64,000 bases of DNA from an uncultured Pseudomonadota bacterium (GTDB lineage Bacteria; Chloroflexota; UBA5177; JAJPKF01). The notes under the pieces are model-generated. The model did not search any database. It was not told the DNA's origin and saw only the letters and a program-made list of their open reading frames with translations. Position numbers and translations under genes: made by a program. This document shows, piece after piece, positions 46,469 to 54,746 of the stretch. The first letter of the stretch is position 1; every line of letters starts with the position of its first letter. The stretch lies in contig CAWCYJ010000001.1 in the NCBI GenBank assembly GCA_963799725.1, positions 67,485-131,484 on the forward strand, written 5' to 3'.

Positions 46469-46544
46469 TGGCAGGCCCGGCCGGACTCGAACCGACAACA
46501 CCTGGTTTTGGAGACCAGTACTCTACCAATTGAGCTACGGGCCT
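46469..46544 (-). tRNA. tRNA-Trp (anticodon CCA), CCA end encoded
   Basis: Hand-folded cloverleaf: AGGCCCG-TA-GCTC-AATTGGTA-GAGT-A-CTGGT-CTCCAAA-ACCAG-GTGTT-GTCGG-TTCGAGT-CCGGC-CGGGCCT-G-CCA. It sits in the classic position upstream of secE-nusG. Confidence 0.9.
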
Positions 46545-46646
46545 ACGAGTTGTCCGTATTCTTAACGAACCGATCGAAGCGCTCAAATCGCAGGTCTCAT
46601 GGCTCAATAAGAATATGACCGGCCACGCAGGGCACGGTTCGCCTGC

Positions 46647-46677
46647 ATTATACAGGCGGAAGGCCGGGTAAGTCGAA
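46647..46677 (-). promoter_or_regulatory. Candidate promoter for tRNA-Trp-secE-nusG
   Basis: On the minus strand there is a perfect TATAAT (46652..46647), about 100 nt upstream of the tRNA. TTCGAC (46677..46672) lies 19 nt upstream of it, so spacing is long. The TATAAT also sits in the loop of a CGCCTG/CAGGCG inverted repeat. Confidence 0.3.
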
Positions 46678-46775
46678 CGCTCACAGGGATGAATGCACAT
46701 CAAAGATCAAAGGGAACACATCCTTCCTCCAGACGGTGAAGAGGTGGTCCCGTTCGATCTCTATCTGACGACTTC

Positions 46776-46943
46776 CTACCGGGTTTCGCGATGGCCGGTG
46801 TGCCGTCTGCAACGGGGACAGAACTTGTTCAGCTCCAGCCGCTCCTTGACGTTGACCCGGTTCTTGCTTGTAGCATAGTTTCGCTCCTTACACTCGTTGC
46901 AGGCGAGCGTGATGGGATTGCGATTCTCTTTCTGCTTGGCCAT
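46776..46943 (-). CDS. rpmG: 50S ribosomal protein L33
   Basis: Below the ORF-track size cutoff. Hand translation: [55 protein letters not shown] (55 aa), with the CxxC...CxxC zinc-ribbon form of L33. Confidence 0.9.
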   Translation of the reverse strand: MAKQKENRNPITLACNECKERNYATSKNRVNVKERLELNKFCPRCRRHTGHRETR

Positions 46944-47393
46944 TTCCGAAGCTCCTTGAGATCAGATTAAAAAGTTGCGCTGATACCGCTTGGTCGGCGC
47001 CGATAGGAACATCGACCGCTAGGAGTGTTCTCCGTTCGGCGACAAACCTAGGCACCACCATTTAGCTGGCTCATTGTGGGAGTCGACGCTAGTCCTCCAT
47101 ATGCAAGAAGGAGCGGCCGACTTCGATCCCTTTACATCCTTAGTATGGCGGATTTAGGCGATTTAGGCGAATTGAGCCTCTCTATCAACAGTTACTCGCG
47201 GTCTTGGGAGGCACGATAGCTGCAACATACTCAGGTAGAGAGTATGTCAGCGACCTGACGCCGGCCTGAGCAGCTTCCCGCAGCTTCGAAGGGGCCCCGT
47301 CAACACTGAGGGCATGTCGCCCATCAGTGTCTCCAACGTTCGGGCGCCGTGCCCCGCCATTGGCGATGGTATTGGCAGTAAGAGAAGGAGGTT

Positions 47394-49124
47394 ATGGGCC
47401 GCATCGCATCGCAAAGGGCACATAGCAGCACTACTTCAGGCCGAGAAGATCGGTACAAGTGGACCGCTCTATCCGTAACTACGGTCGGGGTGGTTCTGGC
47501 GACGATCGACGCCTCTATCATGCTGATCGCCATGCCGGACATCTTTCGCGGGATCCAGCTCGATCCGCTCATCCCGAGCAACAGCTTCTACCTGTTGTGG
47601 ATGATTCTCAGCTTTCTTGTCGTGAGTAGCGTACTCGTTGTCAGTCTCGGCAGGCTCGGCGATCTCTTCGGACGGGTTCGGATGTACAATCTCGGCTTCG
47701 TCATCTATACGGTTTCGTCGCTGTTTCTCACGGTCGATTGGCTCACAGGCCGGTCGGGCGCCACATATTTGATCGTGATGCGGGTATTCCAGGGAGTGGG
47801 TTCCGCCTTCCTGGTCGCCAATTCGGCCGCCATCCTCACTGACGCGTTTCCCAGCAATCAGCGTGGCATGGCGCTTGGCATCAACAACGTCGCAGGTATA
47901 AGCGGGATGTTCATCGGTCTCGTCCTCGGCGGGATTCTTGGGCCGATCAACTGGCGTCTCGTCTTTCTGGTTTCCGTTCCATTCGGCGCCTTCGGAACGG
48001 TTTGGGCCTACGTCAAGCTTCGGGAGCTGGGAACACATCGAAGGGCGCCGATCGACTGGCTGGGAAACGTCACATTTGCCGTAGGCTTGATCCTGATCAT
48101 GGTGGGTATCACGTACGGGATTCAGCCCTACGCGGGCAGGGACATGGGCTGGACAAATCCATTTGTCATCGCATCACTGTGCGCCGGTTGTCTCCTGCTG
48201 GCGTTTTTTGCGGCCATCGAGAACAGAATCCCCAGTCCAATGTTCACGACCCGACTCTTCGCGATCCGGCCCTTCACCTTCGGAGTTCTGTCCAGCTTCT
48301 TGGCAGCCGTCGCTCGCGGTGGTCTCATGTTCATGCTCATCATCTGGCTGCAGGGGATCTGGCTCCCTGAGCATGGATACAGTTTTCAGGATACGCCGCT
48401 GTGGGCAGGCATCTACATGCTTCCTTTGACGGCTGGATTTTTGCTTGCTGGCCCCATTTCCGGGTACCTTTCAGACCGTTTCGGAGCGCGGCCTTTCGCC
48501 ACAGGAGGAATGCTTGGGGCAGCGACGACGTTTATTCTTCTGCAGTTCATCCCAACGAACTTTGCCTACCCGTACTTTGCGGCCATCCTGCTCATGAACG
48601 GACTTTCGATGGGAGCGTTTGCCGCGCCGAACCGAGCAGGGGTCATGAACAGCCTTCCGGTGTCGGATCGCGGAGCCGGAAGTGGGATGAACACCACCTT
48701 TCAGAACTCGGCGCAGGTGCTCTCCATCGGCATCTTCTTCACCTTGATGATCGTCGGGTTGGCAAAGGTTCTTCCCGCGACGATGAGCCGCGGGCTCGAA
48801 GCGAACGGCGTGTCTCCGGCGGTTGCCACGCAGGTAGCCCACCTTCCGCCCGTATCGATCCTCTTCGCAGCCTTCCTTGGATACGATCCGATCCAACATC
48901 TATTACCGGCCCGAGCTATGGCCAAGCTCTCCCACGCGCAGGTCGCCAAGCTTACCGGCCGAACCTTCTTCCCACACCTGATCTCAGGACCATTCCACTC
49001 CGGTCTCGGCTACGCCTTCACGTTTGCCACCATCGCCTGCCTGCTCGCCGCCGCAGCCTCGTGGTCTCGAGGAGCGACCCGTTATGTGGCCGAGGCAACA
49101 ACGAGCGCAACAGCAGCCGAATAG
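47394..49124 (+). CDS. MFS transporter, DHA2 (14-TMS, EmrB/QacA-like) drug:H+ antiporter family
   Basis: 576 aa with about 14 TM helices. WTALSVTTVGVVLATIDASIMLIAMPDI, motif-A-like LGRLGDLFGRVRMY, VFQGVGSAFLVANSAAILTDAFP..QRG.ALG. RBS GAAGGAGG upstream of the ATG. Confidence 0.85.
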   Translation: MGRIASQRAHSSTTSGREDRYKWTALSVTTVGVVLATIDASIMLIAMPDIFRGIQLDPLIPSNSFYLLWMILSFLVVSSVLVVSLGRLGDLFGRVRMYNLGFVIYTVSSLFLTVDWLTGRSGATYLIVMRVFQGVGSAFLVANSAAILTDAFPSNQRGMALGINNVAGISGMFIGLVLGGILGPINWRLVFLVSVPFGAFGTVWAYVKLRELGTHRRAPIDWLGNVTFAVGLILIMVGITYGIQPYAGRDMGWTNPFVIASLCAGCLLLAFFAAIENRIPSPMFTTRLFAIRPFTFGVLSSFLAAVARGGLMFMLIIWLQGIWLPEHGYSFQDTPLWAGIYMLPLTAGFLLAGPISGYLSDRFGARPFATGGMLGAATTFILLQFIPTNFAYPYFAAILLMNGLSMGAFAAPNRAGVMNSLPVSDRGAGSGMNTTFQNSAQVLSIGIFFTLMIVGLAKVLPATMSRGLEANGVSPAVATQVAHLPPVSILFAAFLGYDPIQHLLPARAMAKLSHAQVAKLTGRTFFPHLISGPFHSGLGYAFTFATIACLLAAAASWSRGATRYVAEATTSATAAE

Positions 49125-49198
49125 ACCACGGTGGCCATGTAGCGCGAAGTCAACAGGAACCTTGGTCGGCCCACGTCCCCTGGCTTTGATACGTTTGG

Positions 49199-50914
49199 CT
49201 AGTTCAGCTCTACTGTTGTGGTCGCCGTTCCGGCTCGTTCCGATATGGCGGTGATCTTGACGGATTGATGCGGTTGGGCTCTCACAACCCACTCGAGCCG
49301 GCAGCGGTTGTCCGTTGGAGACACGCCGAGACCGCCGACGGTGAACTTGTTGCTCCGGCCCTCGAGCTGGCCGATCTCCGTCTGAAGCTTCCCCTGAACC
49401 AGAGTGGCTCCTTCCGGCAGCTCGAGATCTACCCGAATGGGCTTGACCGCCTGCCGCTCTTGGCCCCGTTTCGATGTATAGGTGGGAAGGTAGCCGGCAT
49501 TTTCCAGGATCAACTCGATCTTGCTGTGATCTGCGCCTAGCCCGGATGAGCTCGCTTGGACGATCCGGAGACGGGCAGATGCCGATGCCTGAGAGATGAC
49601 GAAGTCGTTGACCTTTGCGATCTCTTCCTCGAGGAAGGCGAGGGGCGGATTCCTCCACGTGAAGAGCTCATCCCAGCCACCAATCTCAACAGAGCCCAGC
49701 TGAGGATGCTCGAACGGCTGCCATCGGACTAAGCCCTCACCGCCGCAATTCTCATCGATCCATCGAAGAACCTTAAGATCGTCCTCGATCGGGTGATCTC
49801 GATACCATTCGATGAACTTTCGATCCTTTATGCCGGCTCGCGCCAGAATATCCCACAATTCGACTGTCCAGGCGAAGACGCCGAGGTGATCGTAGCACCA
49901 GTCATCAAAGGCGCCGTAGGTGAGTCGCTTCGGATGATACTGGAATTCGTGAAATGTGGAGACGTTGGGATATCCGGTGATCTCCGTTCCTCTTCTGCCC
50001 AGCCTCTCGAAAACCCAGACATCCTCCGGAGCCATCTGGTCATCCGGCTTGGTGCTGTAGGACCGGAGCAGCACCCCGCCGAATGTGTGGCAGGTGACGG
50101 CTCCGTTGATGTTCCCGTGAGTGGCCACGAATTCGACGGCGACGCGTGTTTCGGGCTCGGAGAGCGGAAACGGTCCAGCTCCGGCCTGATCGCCTTCCGG
50201 GGCCCACTCGAAGGGAAAATTTCGATTGAAGTCCAGTCCCTCAAGGGGTGGCGCTATGGGAATTAAACCGGGCTCCGGGTTATGGATCAGACCCTCCGGC
50301 AGCAGCCGGTAGTAGGTGCCGCCATACTCGTCAGGGGCCCGTTTGACCATGAGCCGATCGTCGTCTGCAGAGATCTTCCAGTCACCCGCCGGATCCTGCA
50401 GTCGCATCGTTAAGATGCGTCCATCGCCGTCGACATCCTCTTCATGCAGCCCATCGCGTTTCTCGGCATATGGATAGGGCCTGACTCCACTTCTGACTTG
50501 ATGAGGCGGCTGCAGAAAGGTCTGAGCCGCACCGTCCGGGTTCAGTCGGGGAGCGATGTAGAAAGCTGTTTCGTCCAGCAGGCGCGTCACCGTGGCATCC
50601 TCCCCATAGAGCGAAACCAGGTGATTGATGGTGTAGAGACAGGCCATGGTCCCAGTAATCTCAGTCGCGTGGAGATTGCCGTCCATCCATTGCGCGGGCT
50701 TTTCCTCCGCAGGCCCTGTGTGCAGATTCGTCACCGTCACAAGCCAGATCGGCCGGCCTTCATAGCTTCGGCCCAACTCAGAAAGAACACAGAGATCCGG
50801 ATGGGCCTCGGCAAGTGCCCGTAGCTGTGACTCGAGGGTCTCGTTATCGGAATATCTGTCGAATCGAATCTCCACTCGACCTCCCCAACTCTTCCTAGTT
50901 TTCTCTCGAGTCAC
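49199..50914 (-). CDS. M14-family zinc carboxypeptidase
   Basis: 571 aa. ..YSDNETLESQLRALAEAHPDLCVLSELGRSYEGRPIWLVTVTN.......KPAQWMDGNLHATEITGTMACLY..N.L. This is the HxxE zinc-site context of M14 peptidases. Confidence 0.8.
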   Translation of the reverse strand: MTREKTRKSWGGRVEIRFDRYSDNETLESQLRALAEAHPDLCVLSELGRSYEGRPIWLVTVTNLHTGPAEEKPAQWMDGNLHATEITGTMACLYTINHLVSLYGEDATVTRLLDETAFYIAPRLNPDGAAQTFLQPPHQVRSGVRPYPYAEKRDGLHEEDVDGDGRILTMRLQDPAGDWKISADDDRLMVKRAPDEYGGTYYRLLPEGLIHNPEPGLIPIAPPLEGLDFNRNFPFEWAPEGDQAGAGPFPLSEPETRVAVEFVATHGNINGAVTCHTFGGVLLRSYSTKPDDQMAPEDVWVFERLGRRGTEITGYPNVSTFHEFQYHPKRLTYGAFDDWCYDHLGVFAWTVELWDILARAGIKDRKFIEWYRDHPIEDDLKVLRWIDENCGGEGLVRWQPFEHPQLGSVEIGGWDELFTWRNPPLAFLEEEIAKVNDFVISQASASARLRIVQASSSGLGADHSKIELILENAGYLPTYTSKRGQERQAVKPIRVDLELPEGATLVQGKLQTEIGQLEGRSNKFTVGGLGVSPTDNRCRLEWVVRAQPHQSVKITAISERAGTATTTVELN

Positions 50915-50989
50915 TCTTGGTGCTGGTCAGAGCTGTACGATCTTCGGATGAGATGGCTACCAGGCTAGATCTACGGAGAGAGCGCTGCA

Positions 50990-51643
50990 TCATGGAGCTG
51001 TGCCGTTTGGCGTAAGCTTCGAGCCGTTCCAGGAATAAAAGATTGATATAGGCTTGCCTTTAGGGCAGCACATCGGATCTGACGCCTTATAGTTCGCGTA
51101 CTTGACAGATATCCCTGGTGTCGGGCTGGCCTGTCCGGCTATCGCCATCACGGCGGGCGATGGTTTCGATGTATCTGTCCCAAGCCAGGTGGTGTCATGG
51201 AAGAAAAAGACCTTCTGACAGTACCCATCTCCACTACCGGTGCATGTTGCGATCCAGGCGTATACCCTTCCGCCCTGCCCATCGCTGATCCAGGCGTACC
51301 TCCCGTTCGGTACGTAGCCGTGGTTACGTATCGTGCGCATATCCACTGTTTGTACATTCTGAGTGCCCTTGGTGCCTGTCGGGACTGGTGTGCTCGTCGA
51401 GGGTAGGATCGTGGCTGTTACGGCTGAAGTGGGAGCGGAAGTCGGCGTTGCAGATGGAGCGGACGATGGCGTCGGAGTAGGAGTTGACGCCGTGGGTGTG
51501 GGAGTCGACTTTGGTGAGGCGGCTCGGTGACCGATCTCGTATCCGGCAAATGCAATCGCGCCGGCGAGTATCACCGCTATAACGACTGCAGGTATGACCC
51601 ACGAGGGGGTATTCGAACCGCTTGGAGGTCGATTCTGGCTCAT
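50990..51643 (-). CDS. Membrane-anchored LppP/LprE-like protein with a Pro/Thr/Ser linker
   Basis: TM anchor (WVIPAVVIAVILAGAIAFAGY) and a PT-rich linker. The C-terminal domain ..YAWIATCTGSGDGYCQKVFFFHDTTWLGTDT....V.....G..ISVKYANYKASDPMCCPKG.PISIFYSWNG resembles the LppP/LprE lipoprotein family as I recall it. Confidence 0.5.
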   Translation of the reverse strand: MSQNRPPSGSNTPSWVIPAVVIAVILAGAIAFAGYEIGHRAASPKSTPTPTASTPTPTPSSAPSATPTSAPTSAVTATILPSTSTPVPTGTKGTQNVQTVDMRTIRNHGYVPNGRYAWISDGQGGRVYAWIATCTGSGDGYCQKVFFFHDTTWLGTDTSKPSPAVMAIAGQASPTPGISVKYANYKASDPMCCPKGKPISIFYSWNGSKLTPNGTAP

Positions 51644-51796
51644 GTCAGGACCTTCTTCCCATTTCTCTCACCATTCTCTACGTCGTCCAACTGCCGTCAG
51701 TTTATGAGACAGTCCTTGCAGTGTCAACCGCAAAACGGAGTGTCCTACCATGGAGACCAGCCTAGCCCAGTACGTGCCGGCCTTTCCACTTCAAAA

Positions 51797-52651
51797 CTAC
51801 GCCTCATCCCACAATGCTTCAGTCGTGCCCATCAGAAGCCGTTCGATCTGTAAGGTGTTCGGCTCCGCCGGTAGCGGGTTAGCCTCTCGAGCGGCCTCGA
51901 GTCGCTGGACTCCCTCATCTGCTTCCCGTTGGATCTTGTCGAGTGGCCATTCGCCATGCTTGACAGCGATAATTTCCTCCGCGTCGATACCTGTCCTGTC
52001 GACATTCATCTCACCTGTCTCTGCCAGCTCGAGTCCCATACGGAGGAGACGCAGGCAGTGGGCTGCATTCTTTGGGGAGTAGCCAAACTGCTCAAATTGC
52101 TCTTTTCGCTCCCGCCCAAGACGTCCCATGTGGTTCGGGTGAGTGAGGCGCCTCAGCTGGTCGGCGGCGTAGTTCACAAATGAGTCGTATACTCGTTCGG
52201 ACAGGAAGTCTGTCCGATGCTGCCGCCACTTCTCCCACTCGGCATGTTCGACCAGGATATGAGCCTTCGATATCCACAGCAGCCCCATGGCATTCGGATT
52301 CCCCTTAAGCAGCAAGCGTGCGAGTTTTCTGACGGAGTAGGCGACGACATCCAGGTCGCCATAGGTGCCTGCAACCGGCGTCCAGTGCTGCCACTCCTGA
52401 AGTCCATAGACCAGTCTCCGAGGAGGCTGAACGATCCACATGATGTCTGTGTCGTCGATGGATAGCGGATCCTCTGGAGGCACGTAGGTTCCGTGGCTGT
52501 GGGAGCCAACCCTTGTCATCAGAAGAGTGGCTGGCCGCCAGTCGTAGGGCCAGTTGCCGGCCACCTCAAGCTCAGTGAACCTGTTCATCCCCGTTACTCC
52601 AGTCAAGTCCTGCAGGGTACGGTCGAGTAACAGCGCAGAGTGCTTCCTCAA
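51797..52651 (-). CDS. Pol-beta-superfamily nucleotidyltransferase (COG3541 / RlaP-like predicted nucleotidyltransferase)
   Basis: 284 aa. NTase motif VGSHSHGTYVPPEDPLSIDDTDIMWIV (GS...G...DxD). The C-terminal helical part KNAAHCLRLLRMGLELAETGEMNVDR......I.AVKHGEW......READEG...LEAA.....LPAEPN...IERLL is typical of this family. Confidence 0.6.
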   Translation of the reverse strand: MRKHSALLLDRTLQDLTGVTGMNRFTELEVAGNWPYDWRPATLLMTRVGSHSHGTYVPPEDPLSIDDTDIMWIVQPPRRLVYGLQEWQHWTPVAGTYGDLDVVAYSVRKLARLLLKGNPNAMGLLWISKAHILVEHAEWEKWRQHRTDFLSERVYDSFVNYAADQLRRLTHPNHMGRLGRERKEQFEQFGYSPKNAAHCLRLLRMGLELAETGEMNVDRTGIDAEEIIAVKHGEWPLDKIQREADEGVQRLEAAREANPLPAEPNTLQIERLLMGTTEALWDEA

Positions 52652-52815
52652 GGTGTTGTGAGAGGAAGAACCAACTTAGCCGTACGTCGAACGCGCTGAT
52701 GTCATGTAGATCCGGCTGTCGGTCGGCTGTCGCTCAAAAGCTTCCCTCAGAGCGAGGACCATGCCTGCTATCCAGGCGAACGTGCGTTAGCTCCGTAGGG
52801 GTTCAACTAAGGAAA

Positions 52816-52887
52816 AGCCCCAGGTGGGAATCGGACCCACGACCTCATTCTTACCAAGAATGCGCTCTACCACTGAGCTACTGGGGC
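52816..52887 (-). tRNA. tRNA-Thr (anticodon GGU)
   Basis: GCCCCAG-TA-GCTC-AGTGGTA-GAGC-G-CATTC-TTGGTAA-GAATG-AGGTC-GTGGG-TCCGATT-CCCAC-CTGGGGC-T. No encoded CCA. Confidence 0.9.
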
Positions 52888-52890
52888 GGA

Positions 52891-52977
52891 TGGTGGTGGG
52901 GGAGGGATTCGAACCCCCGTAGCGCGTAACGCAACTGATTTACAGTCAGTCCCCTTTAACCACTTGGGTACCCCACC
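52891..52977 (-). tRNA. tRNA-Tyr (anticodon GUA), long variable arm, CCA encoded
   Basis: GGTGGGG-TA-CCCAAGTGGTTAAAGGG-G-ACTGA-CTGTAAA-TCAGT-(TGCGTTACGCGCTAC variable arm)-GGGGG-TTCGAAT-CCCTC-CCCCACC-A-CCA. Confidence 0.9.
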
Positions 52978-53138
52978 CCGCACGCCATGCATTTTAACAA
53001 GTCAAGCTCCGACTTTTGTCAGCTCGTCCGCTAACCGGGCTGCCAGTATCTGGGCGTTGCGAGGTCCGCTAGGCTGCTGGCTCGTCCGGACCACGGCCTG
53101 CATCACTCTGCCGCTTGATAATCTGGATCAGTCTGCAT

Positions 53139-53215
53139 GCTTCCGTAGCTCAATCTGGCAGAGCAACCGCCTTGTAAGCGGTAGGTTTCCGGTTCGAATC
53201 CGGACGGAAGCTCCA
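53139..53215 (+). tRNA. tRNA-Thr (anticodon UGU), CCA encoded
   Basis: GCTTCCG-TA-GCTC-AATCTGGCA-GAGC-A-ACCGC-CTTGTAA-GCGGT-AGGTT-TCCGG-TTCGAAT-CCGGA-CGGAAGC-T-CCA. Confidence 0.9.
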
Positions 53216-53983
53216 CTAGCCCGATCTGCGAACTGTCTCTCGCTGCCGCAGGACCTCGTATAGTGCGATACCGCCGGCCACCGAGGCATTGAGGCTAGAG
53301 ATTCGACCTTTCATCGGGAGCGCGGCGACAATATCCAGCGTGTCGGCGGTTAGTCGGCGGAGTCCCCGACCCTCACTCCCGACAACGAGGGCCAGTGGCA
53401 CGGTGAGATCAAGGTCGTACAGCGATTGACTGGCTGTTTCAGCGAGACCAACGGTCCAGATACCTTCCTGTTTGATGTCGCCGAGTGTTCTGGCAAGATT
53501 TGGCGCCGGGGCTAGTGGTAGATGAAACATCGCCCCGGCCGACGCCTTCGCCACGACTCCCGTGAGGGGCGCACTTCGCCTCTGGGTCAAGACGGCTCCG
53601 TGAGCCCCTGCACTCTCCGCGGTTCGAAGGAGACTACCGAGATTGTGTGGATCCTGGATCTCGTCCGCGATCAACAGTAGGGCCGGACCGGAATCTTGGC
53701 GGACCAGCTCCAGAAGTTGTGCCACGGTATAGTTCCGTGGGCCTGTAATCTTCCCTATAACACCCTGATGCGACGCTCGCGGTGCTCGGCCATCCAGCAC
53801 TTCGCCTGGAACAAGACGTACTGGAACTCCCAATGCTGAGGCCGAATGCTTAATGTCTCGAATGATTGCCGATTCTTGCACGTAGTCAGCAAGGAGGACT
53901 GAAGCCACACTGCCCGCCGTAAGCGCCTCGAGAACGGGTCGCCGGCCCCAAACACAGGAAGGTCCCGATGAGTCGCTTCTCAC
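53216..53983 (-). CDS. rlmB: SpoU/TrmH-family 23S rRNA 2'-O-ribose (Gm2251-type) methyltransferase
   Basis: 255 aa. GRRPVLEAL......V.L......... and HQGV, then LLLIADEIQDPHNLGSLLRTAESAGAHGAVL and LVVGSEGRGLRRL....D..V.LPM.G.ISSLNASVAGGIALYE. Confidence 0.85.
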   Translation of the reverse strand: MRSDSSGPSCVWGRRPVLEALTAGSVASVLLADYVQESAIIRDIKHSASALGVPVRLVPGEVLDGRAPRASHQGVIGKITGPRNYTVAQLLELVRQDSGPALLLIADEIQDPHNLGSLLRTAESAGAHGAVLTQRRSAPLTGVVAKASAGAMFHLPLAPAPNLARTLGDIKQEGIWTVGLAETASQSLYDLDLTVPLALVVGSEGRGLRRLTADTLDIVAALPMKGRISSLNASVAGGIALYEVLRQRETVRRSG

Positions 53984-54005
53984 AGAACGAACAGGATGTT
54001 CTTGC

Positions 54006-54707
54006 TCATCCGCGACCCATTGAGCCGGCTTCTGTGGCTGCCAGTACCGCCCGAACCATCTCGAGATCCTCAGGCGTTGTCACCTTTAGGTTCCGAGGAT
54101 CGCCTCGGACGATACGGACAACGCCTCCCATCCGCTCGATCATCGATGCTTCGTCCGTTGCCGTCTCCTCGATCCAGCAATCAAGGGAGAACGCACCCTC
54201 CAGTAGCTCGCGCTCGAACACCTGAGGAGTTTGTACTGCCCACAGGTCTGAACGGTCGACCGTCTCCAAGATGGCGCCGGCGGAGACTCGCTTTAAGGTG
54301 TCGGGAACAGGAACGGCCGGCACTGCCCCTCCCGTCTCCCTGCTGGCCTCGACCACGCGAGCAAGAAGCGATGGACCGGCGAGAGGCCGCGCGGCGTCAT
54401 GGATCGCAACGCGAGCCGCATCACCGACGGTTCGCAGTCCGTTCAGAACCGAGTCCTGTCGACGGGTGCCACCTTGGGTGACTCTCCAGGGTATGGTTGA
54501 GGCGATGGTCATCTCCAGAATATCTTCCATCCGGGTTTCGTCGCCGGGTTTGCAAACGACGGTTAGCTCATCTACCGAGCCAGAGAGACGCTCGATCGAG
54601 TGGAGGATGAGCGGCTTCCCAGCAACGTCTGACCAAACCTTGTCGTCACCGCCCATTCTGGAGCTGGAACCAGCGGCAACCAGAATGAGGCTCAGAGATC
54701 CAGTCAC
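54006..54707 (-). CDS. ispD: 2-C-methyl-D-erythritol 4-phosphate cytidylyltransferase
   Basis: 233 aa. LILVAAGSSSRMGGDDKVW..VAGKPLILHSIERL, VAIHDAARPLA, DTLKRV, VDRSDLWAVQTPQVF. Confidence 0.9.
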   Translation of the reverse strand: MTGSLSLILVAAGSSSRMGGDDKVWSDVAGKPLILHSIERLSGSVDELTVVCKPGDETRMEDILEMTIASTIPWRVTQGGTRRQDSVLNGLRTVGDAARVAIHDAARPLAGPSLLARVVEASRETGGAVPAVPVPDTLKRVSAGAILETVDRSDLWAVQTPQVFERELLEGAFSLDCWIEETATDEASMIERMGGVVRIVRGDPRNLKVTTPEDLEMVRAVLAATEAGSMGRG

Positions 54708-54746
54708 ACGGTACCTAAGAGCTTCTCTATCTGGGTCGCATCATGG

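Noticed and set aside
46394-46501. 5' extension of secE
   Set aside because: It would overlap tRNA-Trp. The internal ATG 46393 gives a normal 80-aa SecE.
47010-47080. Possible guanidine-I (ykkC) riboswitch upstream of the MFS gene, because of GCTAGGAG...
   Set aside because: Only the first few nucleotides resemble the ykkC 5' end. The conserved GGUCCGAGAG and ACACGGCGGG...CCCGGGAGA blocks are absent.
48401-49658. ORFs 48401..49189 (+, 262 aa) and 48984..49658 (-, 224 aa)
   Set aside because: These are out-of-frame or antisense readings of the MFS and M14 genes, with extreme Arg/Pro/Ser content.
52699-52929. 76-aa plus-strand ORF
   Set aside because: It runs straight through tRNA-Thr(GGU) and tRNA-Tyr on the opposite strand.
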